A stretch of 64,000 nt of DNA from positions 2,944,001 to 3,008,000 of the forward strand of contig OY969585.1 of assembly GCA_963701295.1 (NCBI GenBank), written 5' to 3'. Shown here piece after piece: positions 20,401 through 30,064 of the stretch. The position numbers and the translations under genes were made by a program. The stretch is from Ignavibacteriota bacterium. GTDB taxonomy: Bacteria > Bacteroidota > Ignavibacteria > UBA10030. How positions within the stretch are numbered: position 1 is the stretch's first letter; every line of letters begins with the position of its first letter. A model generated the notes under the pieces. That model worked only from the letters and a program-made list of their open reading frames with translations. It was not told the origin of the DNA and did not search any database.

Positions 20401-20616
20401 ATGTCCGTACATCGTTGTAATCGGCCCATACACGCTCTCAGCAACTTTTGTAACTTCCCGTGCTGTTCGTTCTGTCCCTTGATGGAAATGAACAAGAAAA
20501 TGTTTTGTCTCAATGGTCTGCCATTCCAATTCCGGATGATAAAAATCTTCCTGGGCAAGGACAATGGGCGACGCCATACATAAAAGAATCAGTATCAAAA
20601 ATAAATTAAACTTCAA
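17464..20616 (-). CDS. Zincin-like peptidase + PD40/TolB propeller + Omp85-like C-terminal barrel protein
   Basis: Signal peptide, HEFTH with downstream WFAEG, repeated SPDG/SPNG/SSDG/SKDG units, GGFVGMRGYP and alternating beta-strands at the C-terminus. Confidence 0.7.
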   Translation of the reverse strand: MKFNLFLILILLCMASPIVLAQEDFYHPELEWQTIETKHFLVHFHQGTERTAREVTKVAESVYGPITTMYGHEPDSRVNFVICDYDDYSNGGTDFINNRIVIWASAMDFELRGTHPWLWNVVTHEFTHIVQIQTALKFSRKVPGIYFQWLGYEAERRPDVLYGYPNVIVSYPISGFVVPSWFAEGTAQYNNPSFQYDRWDTHRDMILRMYMSDGNPLSWEEMGFFEKTSLGSESVYNAGFSLVGYIAQHYGVDKLRDISRQLAAPFRLTMDGAIEASVGITGKELYEEWKKEKTLQYKPLADSLRSMRTNEEIIENEGFWNFYPVVSPDGASIAYISNKGMDYSSLTSVYVYDRTTKKTKMIVPQANSTLSFSPNGQNIYYARITRNNPHWSAYSDLFKYNIAAEKEERLTYGLRAFNPKVSSDGKKIVYTSGSDGTLNLAVCDTNGKNNSQLTHFHNGEQVYTPIWSKDGKKIAFGYSVEHNQSVALIDSNGENYQLLSHSGDCRNPFFASDSILYYSWDRGGIFNIYSLNLKTNMEQQETSVLGSAFLPTLDQKGNLIYVTYTSSGYKIASVRHDSSNASVSVSNYLAVDRSLSFGQPKKMDESRAGALSLVASENHFHIQDTAAYPAKPYKSVFTSISLIPLLRFDNYTQSGNVLDMIKPGLFVSSSEMLDKMDFFGGAAINRKWERDLFLDVEYRGRLPLLYQIGLEPTASLELYNISRSRNISFELPWNPNPLKFETDVTYDLFEFDFSLKQNVFSENCELILAYTLSQYNQNFGSWFYSIPDEQNLGVIPASRSTYLIGNTFSAQLKYDGILRTVDKEINPVGRTFSLKYLYEMDKYNPTDSTGENKENGFRFPIYTPYYFHRLELNWTEHIALPLSQQTLTLGLNADGILGHSVDEFFDYYAGGFVGMRGYPFYAIGGNKTVALNATYRFPLETELNFRVLQLYFKKLFGSVFYDIGDAWSGKAPSIDQWKRDVGFELRLETYSFYAYPTRIFFSGAYGLDQFSRNVVDINTTTVQYGHEWRFYLGVLFGFELNDILPRQFMR

Positions 20617-20733
20617 GCTCCCTCATAGAGGAAATATTTGTTTCTCGATAATACCAAATTATTTACCGCTTATACCAGTCAAAGCATGATTTTTGCGACG
20701 AGCATGAATGCTCTCACTGGGCATCATAAAGAA

Positions 20734-20754
20734 CCCTGCGCCAAGAGCGCAGGG
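20734..20754 (-). terminator. Intrinsic terminator hairpin after the 20790-21446 gene
   Basis: ccctgcgc-caaga-gcgcaggg followed by TTCTTT on the minus strand. Confidence 0.6.
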
Positions 20755-20789
20755 AATTCTCGTTAACATTAAATTTCACCAGCAGCTAT

Positions 20790-21446
20790 TTATATTGTAT
20801 ATCCGAGAAGTAATCTAAAATGATTCTCATGGATATTCACTTGAGAAAGCTCATTATCAGGTACCAATTCTGATATACCAAACCAAGATTCAGCTGAAAT
20901 GCTAAAATGCGACAATCTATAAGACACTCGTAATCCAGCGTCATGCGACCAAGAGGGATATTGATTGGTTACATCAAAGCTGGAATTTTCAATTGGTGGT
21001 GATGTAGACATCCAGTCCATTATCTTGAGATGTCGATTTGCTTTGTAACCTATTCCAAACGAAAAAACGGATACCTTATATGTGATAAAGAGTCCTGTCT
21101 CTAAAGCATCGAACCAAATCGTTGAGCTGCCATAAGAGTATTTACTGCTTTCTCCGCCAAACCGATTGTATCCCAAAAATGGGTTACAGTTAAAATTATC
21201 TGAAAGCCGGATATCGTATTTTAAGCGCACTTCCGGCGTGAGAGCGAACTGTGTCCGATCAAATCTGAAATCCTTTAAAGGCGGAAGAAGATCCTTTAAA
21301 AACATTTGATTATAACCACCACCAATTTCTATACCAAGACCAGATAGAACAGATTGAGAATATAGTGCTTGTGATATCATAAGAATAAGAGCAAAAATTA
21401 GGATGCTCCTAATAAAAGAACTTAACCGCTGAGATTTGGTACACAT
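20790..21446 (-). CDS. Outer-membrane beta-barrel protein
   Basis: Signal peptide, amphipathic strands and C-terminal FRLLLGYTI beta-signal. Confidence 0.65.
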   Translation of the reverse strand: MCTKSQRLSSFIRSILIFALILMISQALYSQSVLSGLGIEIGGGYNQMFLKDLLPPLKDFRFDRTQFALTPEVRLKYDIRLSDNFNCNPFLGYNRFGGESSKYSYGSSTIWFDALETGLFITYKVSVFSFGIGYKANRHLKIMDWMSTSPPIENSSFDVTNQYPSWSHDAGLRVSYRLSHFSISAESWFGISELVPDNELSQVNIHENHFRLLLGYTI

Positions 21447-21597
21447 GGTAACTCCTTCATGATAATTAAAAGCACTGTGAATTAGGAATTATTATGTTTG
21501 TACCAATCTTTTATATTATTCCTTTCTGTGAATAATCTTACGTTTGTATACTAACATCAATTTAGCGTAATATCAGTCGATAATTTTAAAGTACATC

Positions 21598-24500
21598 TTA
21601 TTTTACGACAGCAATTTTGATGATCTTTACGTCGTTTTGAGTGATACCTTTGGCTTCGACACGCGCAAGATAAACGCCGCTTTGTATGTTTGAAACATCC
21701 CAGGAAATCTCACTATCCATTCCCGCTGTTCCTCTTCCCTTCAATTCCGTTATTTTCACACCGGAGAGGTCGAGAATGGTAACGGTGATGTTTGCATCTT
21801 CAGAAGTATAGTACCGAATTTGTGTGGAACGACCATAGACAGGATTGGGCCAGTTATAGACACGCGACTTTGGCAAGAATTCCGGAGTGAGAGGATGAGA
21901 TACAGTCTGAGTCCATTCTGTATTGCTATGCCTTTCATCGCCAAGATGCTGCCACCATACCAAGGAATTCGTGGTAAATGTCGTTGAAGTGAGAAACGCA
22001 TCGAGTGAACCGTTCTCTGAAAGGACGGCGACTCCTCCTATGTTTGAAGAATTCGTGTATGTTATAGGAAATGATTTTCCAGGAGAAGTCACTTGAATAG
22101 GGAAACCTGTGAGTAGTTTTCCATTTCGATTGTACACCCACATCTCACCATCATTCGTGAATGCGATGATTTCGAGTTTACCGTCTCCATCAAAATCGAC
22201 GATTAAAGGTGTACCGGTAAATTCATTGGTGCCTCTCGTTTGAATCGGAAAACCATCGAGCATAACACCCGCCCGGCTTAAAGCCGATATGTGAGTTGCC
22301 GATTGAATAATTATGTCTTTTTCACCATCTCCATCGATATCTGCTATGGCAAGCTCTTGGAGAGTAGAATCGGGCACACTCACATCGAAGAGCTTCTGAG
22401 ATAATGATTGATCAAAAGACACTGTTCTGTTTCCGTTTATTTCTGCTGCAACGACATAGTTCCCTTTGGGTGAGACTGCCGCGGCAAGTATCCACGTGCC
22501 CGCTGAAGCAGGCAATCCAGCAGAATCCCGTTCACTATAAATCCGATTTCCGGATGCACAAAAATATTCTTCGGGTTGTGATAACGAAGGTGTTGGCAAA
22601 AGTGCAAGAGAAGTTATCGGTCCGCTTCGGACAAAGCGTTGAGAAATCAAATCGCCGTTGATGTTGAACTCATACACTTTTCCTGAATCCGATCCGATCA
22701 GAATCGATGGCAGAACACTCAGCGAAGCGAAACATGGAGATGTCGTGAATTTCGAGGAGATTGTCCTTGTGAAAATATTCAGGCTGTCGAATACACCTTG
22801 CGCATTGGGAGAAGTAAGTTGATATAGAGTGAGAGCACTATCCTGAACACTTGCCACTATTTCGCTTCCCGTTTGTTCATACACAGCTACGCCAAAGTTG
22901 TTTTTTTTGCAAGGTAATGCATGGTTCGTTAAATTTTGTCCGTTGCTTTGGAATGCAAAGATGCTGTCATTGACGGGAAGATAGAGATGATGATTTTTTG
23001 TTGATGTGGGATACGTGGACGCATAGGCGAGCGTACGGGATAATGCTGTATCCCGCTTGAGAACGTTACTTCCTATTTCAACCACCGCTGTCATAATCGG
23101 TGACCGTGCACTAAAATCCCTGATTGTGATTAAACTCGCTGCTCCTGAATGGCTGTTGCTGTTTGGGAAAGAATATTGATTAAAGATATTTTTGTAGAGG
23201 ATAGCAGAATTACCGGAGAACCAGCAATCGAGCGGACTTCCATTTTCTGTTCCGGATCCTGCATCAGTTGATTGATAGCTTTGCCCAATATCTTTTGACC
23301 CATCGGCTTCCATGAGCTCTACCCCGCGATGGTCGATATCAGCATTCACCGTGTTTGATTTCAATCCCGCTTGAATAATATTTTCGTCTATATGCCAAAT
23401 TAAAATTCCGCCGCCGTCATATTTCCCGGTTCCATCCGTCATATCGCCTATCACTGCCCAATCGAAGTTACTCACATCTACCACTGAACCACTGATTAAG
23501 CTATCTTCATAATACTGAAAGCCTGCTGTATCTTTTTTGAAATAGAGAAATGTATCAGTGCCATTTTTGACAAGTGTTAATTTCTGGCCATTTCCTTCGG
23601 GATCTCGATTGCGGTTTTCGAGAAGAAAATATTCCGATTGACTCATAGGTATTTTATAGACGACATCTTGGCCCGTATTTGTCAAGCCCACAGCTGGCAG
23701 TGTAAGCGTTTCACTCGAACTTTGGATCGATTTTGGAACGACCCAACCTAGATATATTTTTTCCCATGCACTCGGCTCGGGAGGAAAAAGTCCACTGTAG
23801 GCGAAGATATCCGCACCATCCATCAATCCAAATTGTCCGATACCCGACAGGCCGTTTGTAGTATTAAACAAATCAGGAAGGCCTAAATAACTTCCCACAG
23901 AAGCAGCAAACAACCCGTTGATGCTCAGTTGAAAAATTGCGCCGGAGATATCCTGCGACTCCGTTTCCGGCAGAATAATTGTGTTTTTGATATAACCGTT
24001 TACCATACCTTGAAAGGAGGATTGTCCAAGTGCCGTTGCGAACGCAGTCGAATCTAAATAGAGCGATGGAATATCATACGGTGTAGGATTAATTCCTAAC
24101 GAACTTACTAAGTCAATATCACGCCCTACGCCTGCATGAAAGATGACGAACGCATCATACTTTGAAAAATCAACTCCCGGAGAAAGTGAATCCGCTATGT
24201 GCCAACTTTCAATTGCCAGATCGGCAAGTTTTCTATTATCGTTCCCCGTTGATGGCGGCGAGTACGCTGCCATCGGTTTCGAGAGCACGATCTTCTGAGG
24301 AACAACAGAACCAGTTATTGTTAAAATTCCATTCGAAACTTTATGAAAATAATTTTCAACAAATCGAATTTTATTTCTAAAATATGCTAAATCATGCGGA
24401 GGTGGATCAATCTGTGCCGAAGAACCTATAAGCTGGAACGTACCGTTTCCGGTTGTCTGTTCATCGCTATCCGTCTGGAACTCGACCATGATGGCGAGTA

Positions 24501-24651
24501 TACGAAGAGTATCAATCGGAGTCGATTGAGCCAACTGAACTCGAAGAGGAGCCATTGACGTGCGCAGGAGATGAGATACTTTATATCGTGTTTGCCCATA
24601 CGATAAAGAACTTAGAAGAAAAAACACACTCATTACCCACACACGTATCAC
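21598..24651 (-). CDS. M6 (immune inhibitor A)-like protein with FG-GAP repeats and T9SS type-A CTD; zinc motif degenerate
   Basis: ILAIMVEF, IFHAG, LGLPDLF, GLMDG, YFLLENR and GILIWHID; ADIDGDG and VDFDGDG repeats; YNWPNP...SGVYLARV CTD. Confidence 0.8.
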   Translation of the reverse strand: MIRVWVMSVFFLLSSLSYGQTRYKVSHLLRTSMAPLRVQLAQSTPIDTLRILAIMVEFQTDSDEQTTGNGTFQLIGSSAQIDPPPHDLAYFRNKIRFVENYFHKVSNGILTITGSVVPQKIVLSKPMAAYSPPSTGNDNRKLADLAIESWHIADSLSPGVDFSKYDAFVIFHAGVGRDIDLVSSLGINPTPYDIPSLYLDSTAFATALGQSSFQGMVNGYIKNTIILPETESQDISGAIFQLSINGLFAASVGSYLGLPDLFNTTNGLSGIGQFGLMDGADIFAYSGLFPPEPSAWEKIYLGWVVPKSIQSSSETLTLPAVGLTNTGQDVVYKIPMSQSEYFLLENRNRDPEGNGQKLTLVKNGTDTFLYFKKDTAGFQYYEDSLISGSVVDVSNFDWAVIGDMTDGTGKYDGGGILIWHIDENIIQAGLKSNTVNADIDHRGVELMEADGSKDIGQSYQSTDAGSGTENGSPLDCWFSGNSAILYKNIFNQYSFPNSNSHSGAASLITIRDFSARSPIMTAVVEIGSNVLKRDTALSRTLAYASTYPTSTKNHHLYLPVNDSIFAFQSNGQNLTNHALPCKKNNFGVAVYEQTGSEIVASVQDSALTLYQLTSPNAQGVFDSLNIFTRTISSKFTTSPCFASLSVLPSILIGSDSGKVYEFNINGDLISQRFVRSGPITSLALLPTPSLSQPEEYFCASGNRIYSERDSAGLPASAGTWILAAAVSPKGNYVVAAEINGNRTVSFDQSLSQKLFDVSVPDSTLQELAIADIDGDGEKDIIIQSATHISALSRAGVMLDGFPIQTRGTNEFTGTPLIVDFDGDGKLEIIAFTNDGEMWVYNRNGKLLTGFPIQVTSPGKSFPITYTNSSNIGGVAVLSENGSLDAFLTSTTFTTNSLVWWQHLGDERHSNTEWTQTVSHPLTPEFLPKSRVYNWPNPVYGRSTQIRYYTSEDANITVTILDLSGVKITELKGRGTAGMDSEISWDVSNIQSGVYLARVEAKGITQNDVKIIKIAVVK

Positions 24652-24860
24652 AGAGACTCCTACAGTTCCTAATTCAGGTTATGCAAAATAGTGTTTTGGT
24701 CGAAATCCCAAGAATTGAGAATTCCATTACTTCATAGATTCCACTTGTTAAAAGACTCGCTTTTGTAGTTATGTCCGCTGTTCGGGATATTTTACAAAAG
24801 AACTCCTAAAAATCTCATATTCCATATATCCATGTAGACAACATCGAGTTTTTAAGAAAT

Positions 24861-25988
24861 CTACTGACCATCACCACCCCAGTCCATCGATAGTGTGAGG
24901 CGCAGCGTTCCATCAAGCGGCTCTTGTCCCTGAATAGTACTGATGTATCCAAAATCGAAGCCGTAAAGATCATATCTGATGCCGGCACCGAAGGTCATAA
25001 ACTTTCGATTACCTTCTCGAGGGTCTTCATAAAAATATCCGGCACGAATTGCAACCAATTTCGGCGAACCGTACCAATATTCCATTCCTATTGCAGAATC
25101 GAATCGTCGTATTTGTTCACTAATATTTCCCTGTGTCCATGTCGTAAAGAAAGCCTTATAGAATTCGTCGGACTGCGCACCCCATCTCGCCACCAATAGC
25201 CGACTCACTTCTACGGTAAATGTCAGATTATTATATTCGCTTTCAATAACCTTATACGCGATGCCAAGACGAAGATTCATGGGAAGAGGATCGGCTTGTG
25301 CCTTGTCGACATAAAATATATTTGGACCAATATTGGACAGATTCAATCCGAAACTCAGACTCTTTCCGAGAAAAAGCGGACGGTATAACAATCCGAGATC
25401 GAAAGAAAATCCAGTGGCTGTTCCGCTTCCCACTTCTTGCCCGGCTCCTTGATTAGCAAGATGTGAATAAATAATTCTAATGCTGGTTCCAATCCCGAGT
25501 TGTTCGTTAAGCTTTGTGCTATAGGTCGCCGAAACGGCAAGTTCATATCCTGTAAATGTTCCTACGATGTCAGGCCCGGCAGAAGTCGTTCTATTAAATT
25601 CACCAAGGTTGAGATAGGTGAGTTGACCGCCGACAACTCCATCCAATGCTTCGACAGGTTGTTTATAGGCTGCATGAGCAATCCATATATCAGATAGTCC
25701 TAAGCCGGGGAGCCAGTTTGTATGTGTCATTGCTAGTTCAGAGCCAGTTTGGAATGCAAGACCTGCAGGGTTCCAAAACACCGCCCATGCATTATCCGCT
25801 ATCGCCACGCCTGTTTCACCCATCCCGCCTGCACGCGAATCTGGTACAATGAGCAAAAAGGGGACTGCCGTAGTTTGTGTCGTCTGAGCTTGGGCACTAT
25901 TCGAGAATAAGAATCCGAATACAAACAGGACGACAATAATTTTCTTCATCATATATGTAACCTCCAGACTGTGAATGTTAAGTATCAT
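24861..25988 (-). CDS. porV: T9SS outer-membrane shuttle PorV
   Basis: TAVPFLLIVPDSRAGGMGE, WNPA, DPLPMNLRLG and RAGYFYE...GNRKF; directly downstream of porU. Real start may be near 25952. Confidence 0.9.
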   Translation of the reverse strand: MILNIHSLEVTYMMKKIIVVLFVFGFLFSNSAQAQTTQTTAVPFLLIVPDSRAGGMGETGVAIADNAWAVFWNPAGLAFQTGSELAMTHTNWLPGLGLSDIWIAHAAYKQPVEALDGVVGGQLTYLNLGEFNRTTSAGPDIVGTFTGYELAVSATYSTKLNEQLGIGTSIRIIYSHLANQGAGQEVGSGTATGFSFDLGLLYRPLFLGKSLSFGLNLSNIGPNIFYVDKAQADPLPMNLRLGIAYKVIESEYNNLTFTVEVSRLLVARWGAQSDEFYKAFFTTWTQGNISEQIRRFDSAIGMEYWYGSPKLVAIRAGYFYEDPREGNRKFMTFGAGIRYDLYGFDFGYISTIQGQEPLDGTLRLTLSMDWGGDGQ

Positions 25989-26074
25989 TGTATTTTCTAG
26001 AATATACTTAAATGTGTTTTGATATGGTATGATAGAATATTCTCTTTCAATAGTACGTACGCTGCATCATCAAG

Positions 26075-29000
26075 TCAGCGTACAACAGCGAGCTTACCGA
26101 TGGTTTCGCTCGTGTGTTGCCCATTTTGACTATGCGCAATCAGTTTATACAAGTAGATGCCATTGGCAAGACGATCTCCATCATTATCTCTTCCATTCCA
26201 AGGAATTCTTACAGAACGATCTCTGATATTTTGTACGCTCATTTTCCCGATAAGCCTGCCCGCGACTGAAAATATTTTTATCTCCACATTGATCGGATCG
26301 ATGACATTACGCTGGAAGGTGAAGGTCGTGGAATTCGAGAATGGATTGGGATAATTCACCACATTCAACAAGGTGAGATCATCGGCAGCAGAGACCTCAA
26401 AATATGTTTCTGCCTCTGAGGAATTGTTCCGAATATCCCAGGCTTTTATGCTCAGTGTATATTTGCCCTCGCCGAGAGAGTCGCCTATGAGATCGCTTAA
26501 AGAATGGCTCACTTCACCCGATTTATATGTATCAAGATCGCTTTGATAATAATTCGATAAATCAAAAGTTCGCTCCGGGTTGCTGATTGTAGCCGACAAC
26601 TGATGCCCTACTCCAGCCGTCGATGTGTTGATACCACTTTCATCATGCAATCGTACGATCAAGGTTGGATTGCTTTTTACAACATCTCCAGGACGAAAAT
26701 TAAGATCATTGAGATATATAGAAATTTGCGGCCCTACCGTATCAATTGCTACGCTTGAATCGATGCCGTTGATCATTACGTTTTCAGTATATCCCGCTCC
26801 ATTGGTTGTGTTATTCCATGCGTACATCGAAATTCGCGATTGGTTCCCGAATGTCACATCTTTGGGTATAGGAATAGTTATTTTAAATTGTCCACTAGTA
26901 ATAGAAACTCCGCCGCGATAGAGCAAACTGCCGTTTTCCTTAAATCGAAAGTCGCCAAGTCCTTCTACGATGTGAACTTCTCTTTGCGAATCGAAAACCT
27001 GAAGTGTCCCTTTCCCTTGAAATGATGTTATTGGTGTCCCATTATTCTGCCTCATTGCACCTTGAATAGGTACACGTCCCAAGGATTTCATTGTAACGAT
27101 ACTCAATGTTGATTTCCCATTCACGCTATCAATTGAAGCAACGTTCTTCGGCATGAGAAGCCGTAGTGTCGGATCACCGAAGAGATGAAATTTTTGAGTA
27201 TTCATTACATCAGAGTTAACAGATTTTGCTAATAGCGCCGCATCCCCTAATCTAGGATTTCTTCCCGCAGCATCTTTAGTGAACAGATTGTAAAAGAAAC
27301 TTGTATTGAGCACAGCATTGGGATTTTCATAGACTTTACGCGCTGCTCCAAAAGTCCCAATCGCTCCCCCTTGCTCCATGGTTACAAGCTGTTCGTCCGT
27401 ACTGAGTATACTTGGATCGTCATACAAGCTATTTTCACAAGCTGCTACGACAACGAAAGTCAAATGATCCTGATTGGATAGTTTCGGTAGCTCGCCTTCT
27501 CGAGTAAATATCCATTCATGAGCCCATACTTGATCGTTCCCGTGGCCAATGAAATTTGTATATAATGTACCCTGATTTATTGCATCAACAATCGCTGTAT
27601 TTGCACTTGGTTTCCTGCGACCTAAAGCGCTATTCACCGTTGGGTATTCGACGATATAAATTTTTTTCTTTTCAAAACTTTTAGCAGCATTGCTTTCAGC
27701 AATCGTTTCGGTTTTGTCTGTAAACTCAGATCCATCATCCTCTTCGGTTGAAGTTAATCCGTCATCAGCGACAAGTGTTAAACTATTTCGCCAGGAATTG
27801 CTATCGGGAGCAGATGTCTCATACGAAATAATTTTATTGACCACTATAGATGCCTCTTGGACGCTGCGCGCAGGAAGACGCCCGATTGCAGCGGAATAGA
27901 TAGAGTTTTGTGAATCTAAAAGAACGAACTCATCATCCGTTGGATAACTTGTATTGGTAGGATCAAGCGATTCTTCTGTTTCGTATGGAGGAATCCAATT
28001 ACGTTGATTTGAGCTAATATTCTTATAGTCGAAATATCCCCAGCCAAACAAGAGGACATATTGCGGAACAGGGCTCTGCCAATACGCTTGAGTATATCTT
28101 AAAAATTCTCGTATTGCAAGAATGTCTGGAAGGCCTCCTGAGAATTCGCTATAGATTTGATTGATATCCACAACAAGAGTCCGAAGACTATCGTGAGATT
28201 CACGCTGTGCCTTTAAGAGATTCGCCGCTGACAAGAATTCCGGAGGAGAAATAATGATGAAATCATACTGTGATTGAACATTATGCAGATTTATCGTGTT
28301 GTCAATTTTTGTCGTTGTTCCAGGGGTTTTGAATCCAGTTTTACCAATCACCGCGATTTGACGAACAGATCCGCTTGTCTGCTCAAGCTGGATTTTGCAT
28401 ACCGTGGGATCAGCAGAATAATATTTTAATTCTTTCACATTACTATGATCGGTGACATCAAACGCACGTATATCGCTCGAAAAATTACTAATGCTATACT
28501 GAACCGATCCTGTGACATCGGGCGAGGTAAAGATAAGAGTGTCGTTGACAGCTTCAAACCTTCGCTGATAATATATTTCCATCCAATCTAACCATGTTAA
28601 CGCGTCTTGATTCTGATTGCCGGGGGTCACTTGGATTGTTACACTACTCGCATTATTCGGCACCCCGCCTGTTCGCGATGGATACAGATATTCTTCATTT
28701 GCGTATACAGTGCCCAAGCCGGCAGGCCCCATCGTTTTAGACCCGCCTGTAAGAAGCTGGCCATTTTCAAAAATATCCAGATTATCAGGTGTTGTCGAAT
28801 TGTGCAAAAACTTGAATCGATAGGTAATCGGAGATGTTGCAACTAATCCCGGCAGCGATCTATTGTATGTGCCGGCATCCGTCCCCGCAAATTTTTCCCC
28901 AACCCACAGACGCCCCGAATTCTGGAGATTGTATTTTTCTTCTTCAACGAATAATTTTTCCTGAAAACTTGCCGGTTGTATTGCTGTTGGAGAAACGGCT

Positions 29001-30064
29001 GAAGCAGAAAGTGTATCCATTTGCTTGCCGTGGCCTTGGGTAACGGTAAAGAAGTAATAATTTATTTCTGTATACGGATTAATATAATGTTGAAAAGTGT
29101 TGTTTCCGTTATAGAGCCAGCCTCTTACTCCCCGTCCGTAAAAAATTATATAATCTTCTGGATCGAAAATTCCATTACTATTTTGGTCTACCACCAACCG
29201 CGGAATTTCCAACAATGTATTTGGCCGAGGGCTTGTATTATCATCCGGGATTGCCAAGCCTCCATTCCCATACAATCGAATGGAGTTGATATCGCTTATC
29301 GAGATATTCAAACTGCGGAAGTAATTATAATCCAATTTGTACATACCAGTTTCAGTTACTTCTATGCGATACCATTCGCCTTGGGCAAGCGGAGAATCTT
29401 CATTCGTAGATTGCCGGGAACTTACTTTTGGCATCTTTGCTAATTGAGCTTTTTGCGGCAAGTCGCCCCTCAGTAGACAAGAAGAAACCAAACCGGCTGG
29501 AAAAGCATTTGTAAAATTAAGCCGAACAACCATGCGCGAATAAATCTTGACCTTCTCTTTGTCAATCGCCCGAACAGGATGCAAGAGAAGAGTTCCAACA
29601 CATCCTATGCTCGTCTGCCCAACATGAATAAGCTCAGCAAGAACGTATTGACCCGGTGCCCGTACTGTCCGAGCAAAACTCGTATCATCATAGCTTTCGC
29701 TAACGCCAAAATTCTTAAGGGTCTTCCTCGTAGGTTTAGGCAGCAGCTTGACCGTATCTCTGATTTGATATTCACTTGTTAAGACTTGAAGCGAATATTG
29801 AGGTGATGGAAGGAGCAGAAGAACAGCCCGAATAAAATCAGTCCTGCCTGTTGAATCGTATGCTATTTGACTGCCGAAGAACCGAAATCGAGTGAAGAGA
29901 GTGCCTTGGTTTCCAGAAACATGTTCAGTCTGAATGTGCGGTGTAAACTCCAGAACTACAGAATGTTGATTTTCACTCACGATGCGTATATCTGTCATCG
30001 GCTGAGCAATGCCTGTCAACGTTCCGGCAAAAATGAAGAAAAATATGACAATAGTTTTTTTCAT
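26075..30064 (-). CDS. porU: T9SS sortase PorU (peptidase C25)
   Basis: SPLAQGEWYRIEVTETGMY, IGRLP, ADDG, GHG (catalytic His), AACE (Cys), LFGDP and a CTD (NYPNPF...NGIYLYKL). Confidence 0.92.
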   Translation of the reverse strand: MKKTIVIFFFIFAGTLTGIAQPMTDIRIVSENQHSVVLEFTPHIQTEHVSGNQGTLFTRFRFFGSQIAYDSTGRTDFIRAVLLLLPSPQYSLQVLTSEYQIRDTVKLLPKPTRKTLKNFGVSESYDDTSFARTVRAPGQYVLAELIHVGQTSIGCVGTLLLHPVRAIDKEKVKIYSRMVVRLNFTNAFPAGLVSSCLLRGDLPQKAQLAKMPKVSSRQSTNEDSPLAQGEWYRIEVTETGMYKLDYNYFRSLNISISDINSIRLYGNGGLAIPDDNTSPRPNTLLEIPRLVVDQNSNGIFDPEDYIIFYGRGVRGWLYNGNNTFQHYINPYTEINYYFFTVTQGHGKQMDTLSASAVSPTAIQPASFQEKLFVEEEKYNLQNSGRLWVGEKFAGTDAGTYNRSLPGLVATSPITYRFKFLHNSTTPDNLDIFENGQLLTGGSKTMGPAGLGTVYANEEYLYPSRTGGVPNNASSVTIQVTPGNQNQDALTWLDWMEIYYQRRFEAVNDTLIFTSPDVTGSVQYSISNFSSDIRAFDVTDHSNVKELKYYSADPTVCKIQLEQTSGSVRQIAVIGKTGFKTPGTTTKIDNTINLHNVQSQYDFIIISPPEFLSAANLLKAQRESHDSLRTLVVDINQIYSEFSGGLPDILAIREFLRYTQAYWQSPVPQYVLLFGWGYFDYKNISSNQRNWIPPYETEESLDPTNTSYPTDDEFVLLDSQNSIYSAAIGRLPARSVQEASIVVNKIISYETSAPDSNSWRNSLTLVADDGLTSTEEDDGSEFTDKTETIAESNAAKSFEKKKIYIVEYPTVNSALGRRKPSANTAIVDAINQGTLYTNFIGHGNDQVWAHEWIFTREGELPKLSNQDHLTFVVVAACENSLYDDPSILSTDEQLVTMEQGGAIGTFGAARKVYENPNAVLNTSFFYNLFTKDAAGRNPRLGDAALLAKSVNSDVMNTQKFHLFGDPTLRLLMPKNVASIDSVNGKSTLSIVTMKSLGRVPIQGAMRQNNGTPITSFQGKGTLQVFDSQREVHIVEGLGDFRFKENGSLLYRGGVSITSGQFKITIPIPKDVTFGNQSRISMYAWNNTTNGAGYTENVMINGIDSSVAIDTVGPQISIYLNDLNFRPGDVVKSNPTLIVRLHDESGINTSTAGVGHQLSATISNPERTFDLSNYYQSDLDTYKSGEVSHSLSDLIGDSLGEGKYTLSIKAWDIRNNSSEAETYFEVSAADDLTLLNVVNYPNPFSNSTTFTFQRNVIDPINVEIKIFSVAGRLIGKMSVQNIRDRSVRIPWNGRDNDGDRLANGIYLYKLIAHSQNGQHTSETIGKLAVVR

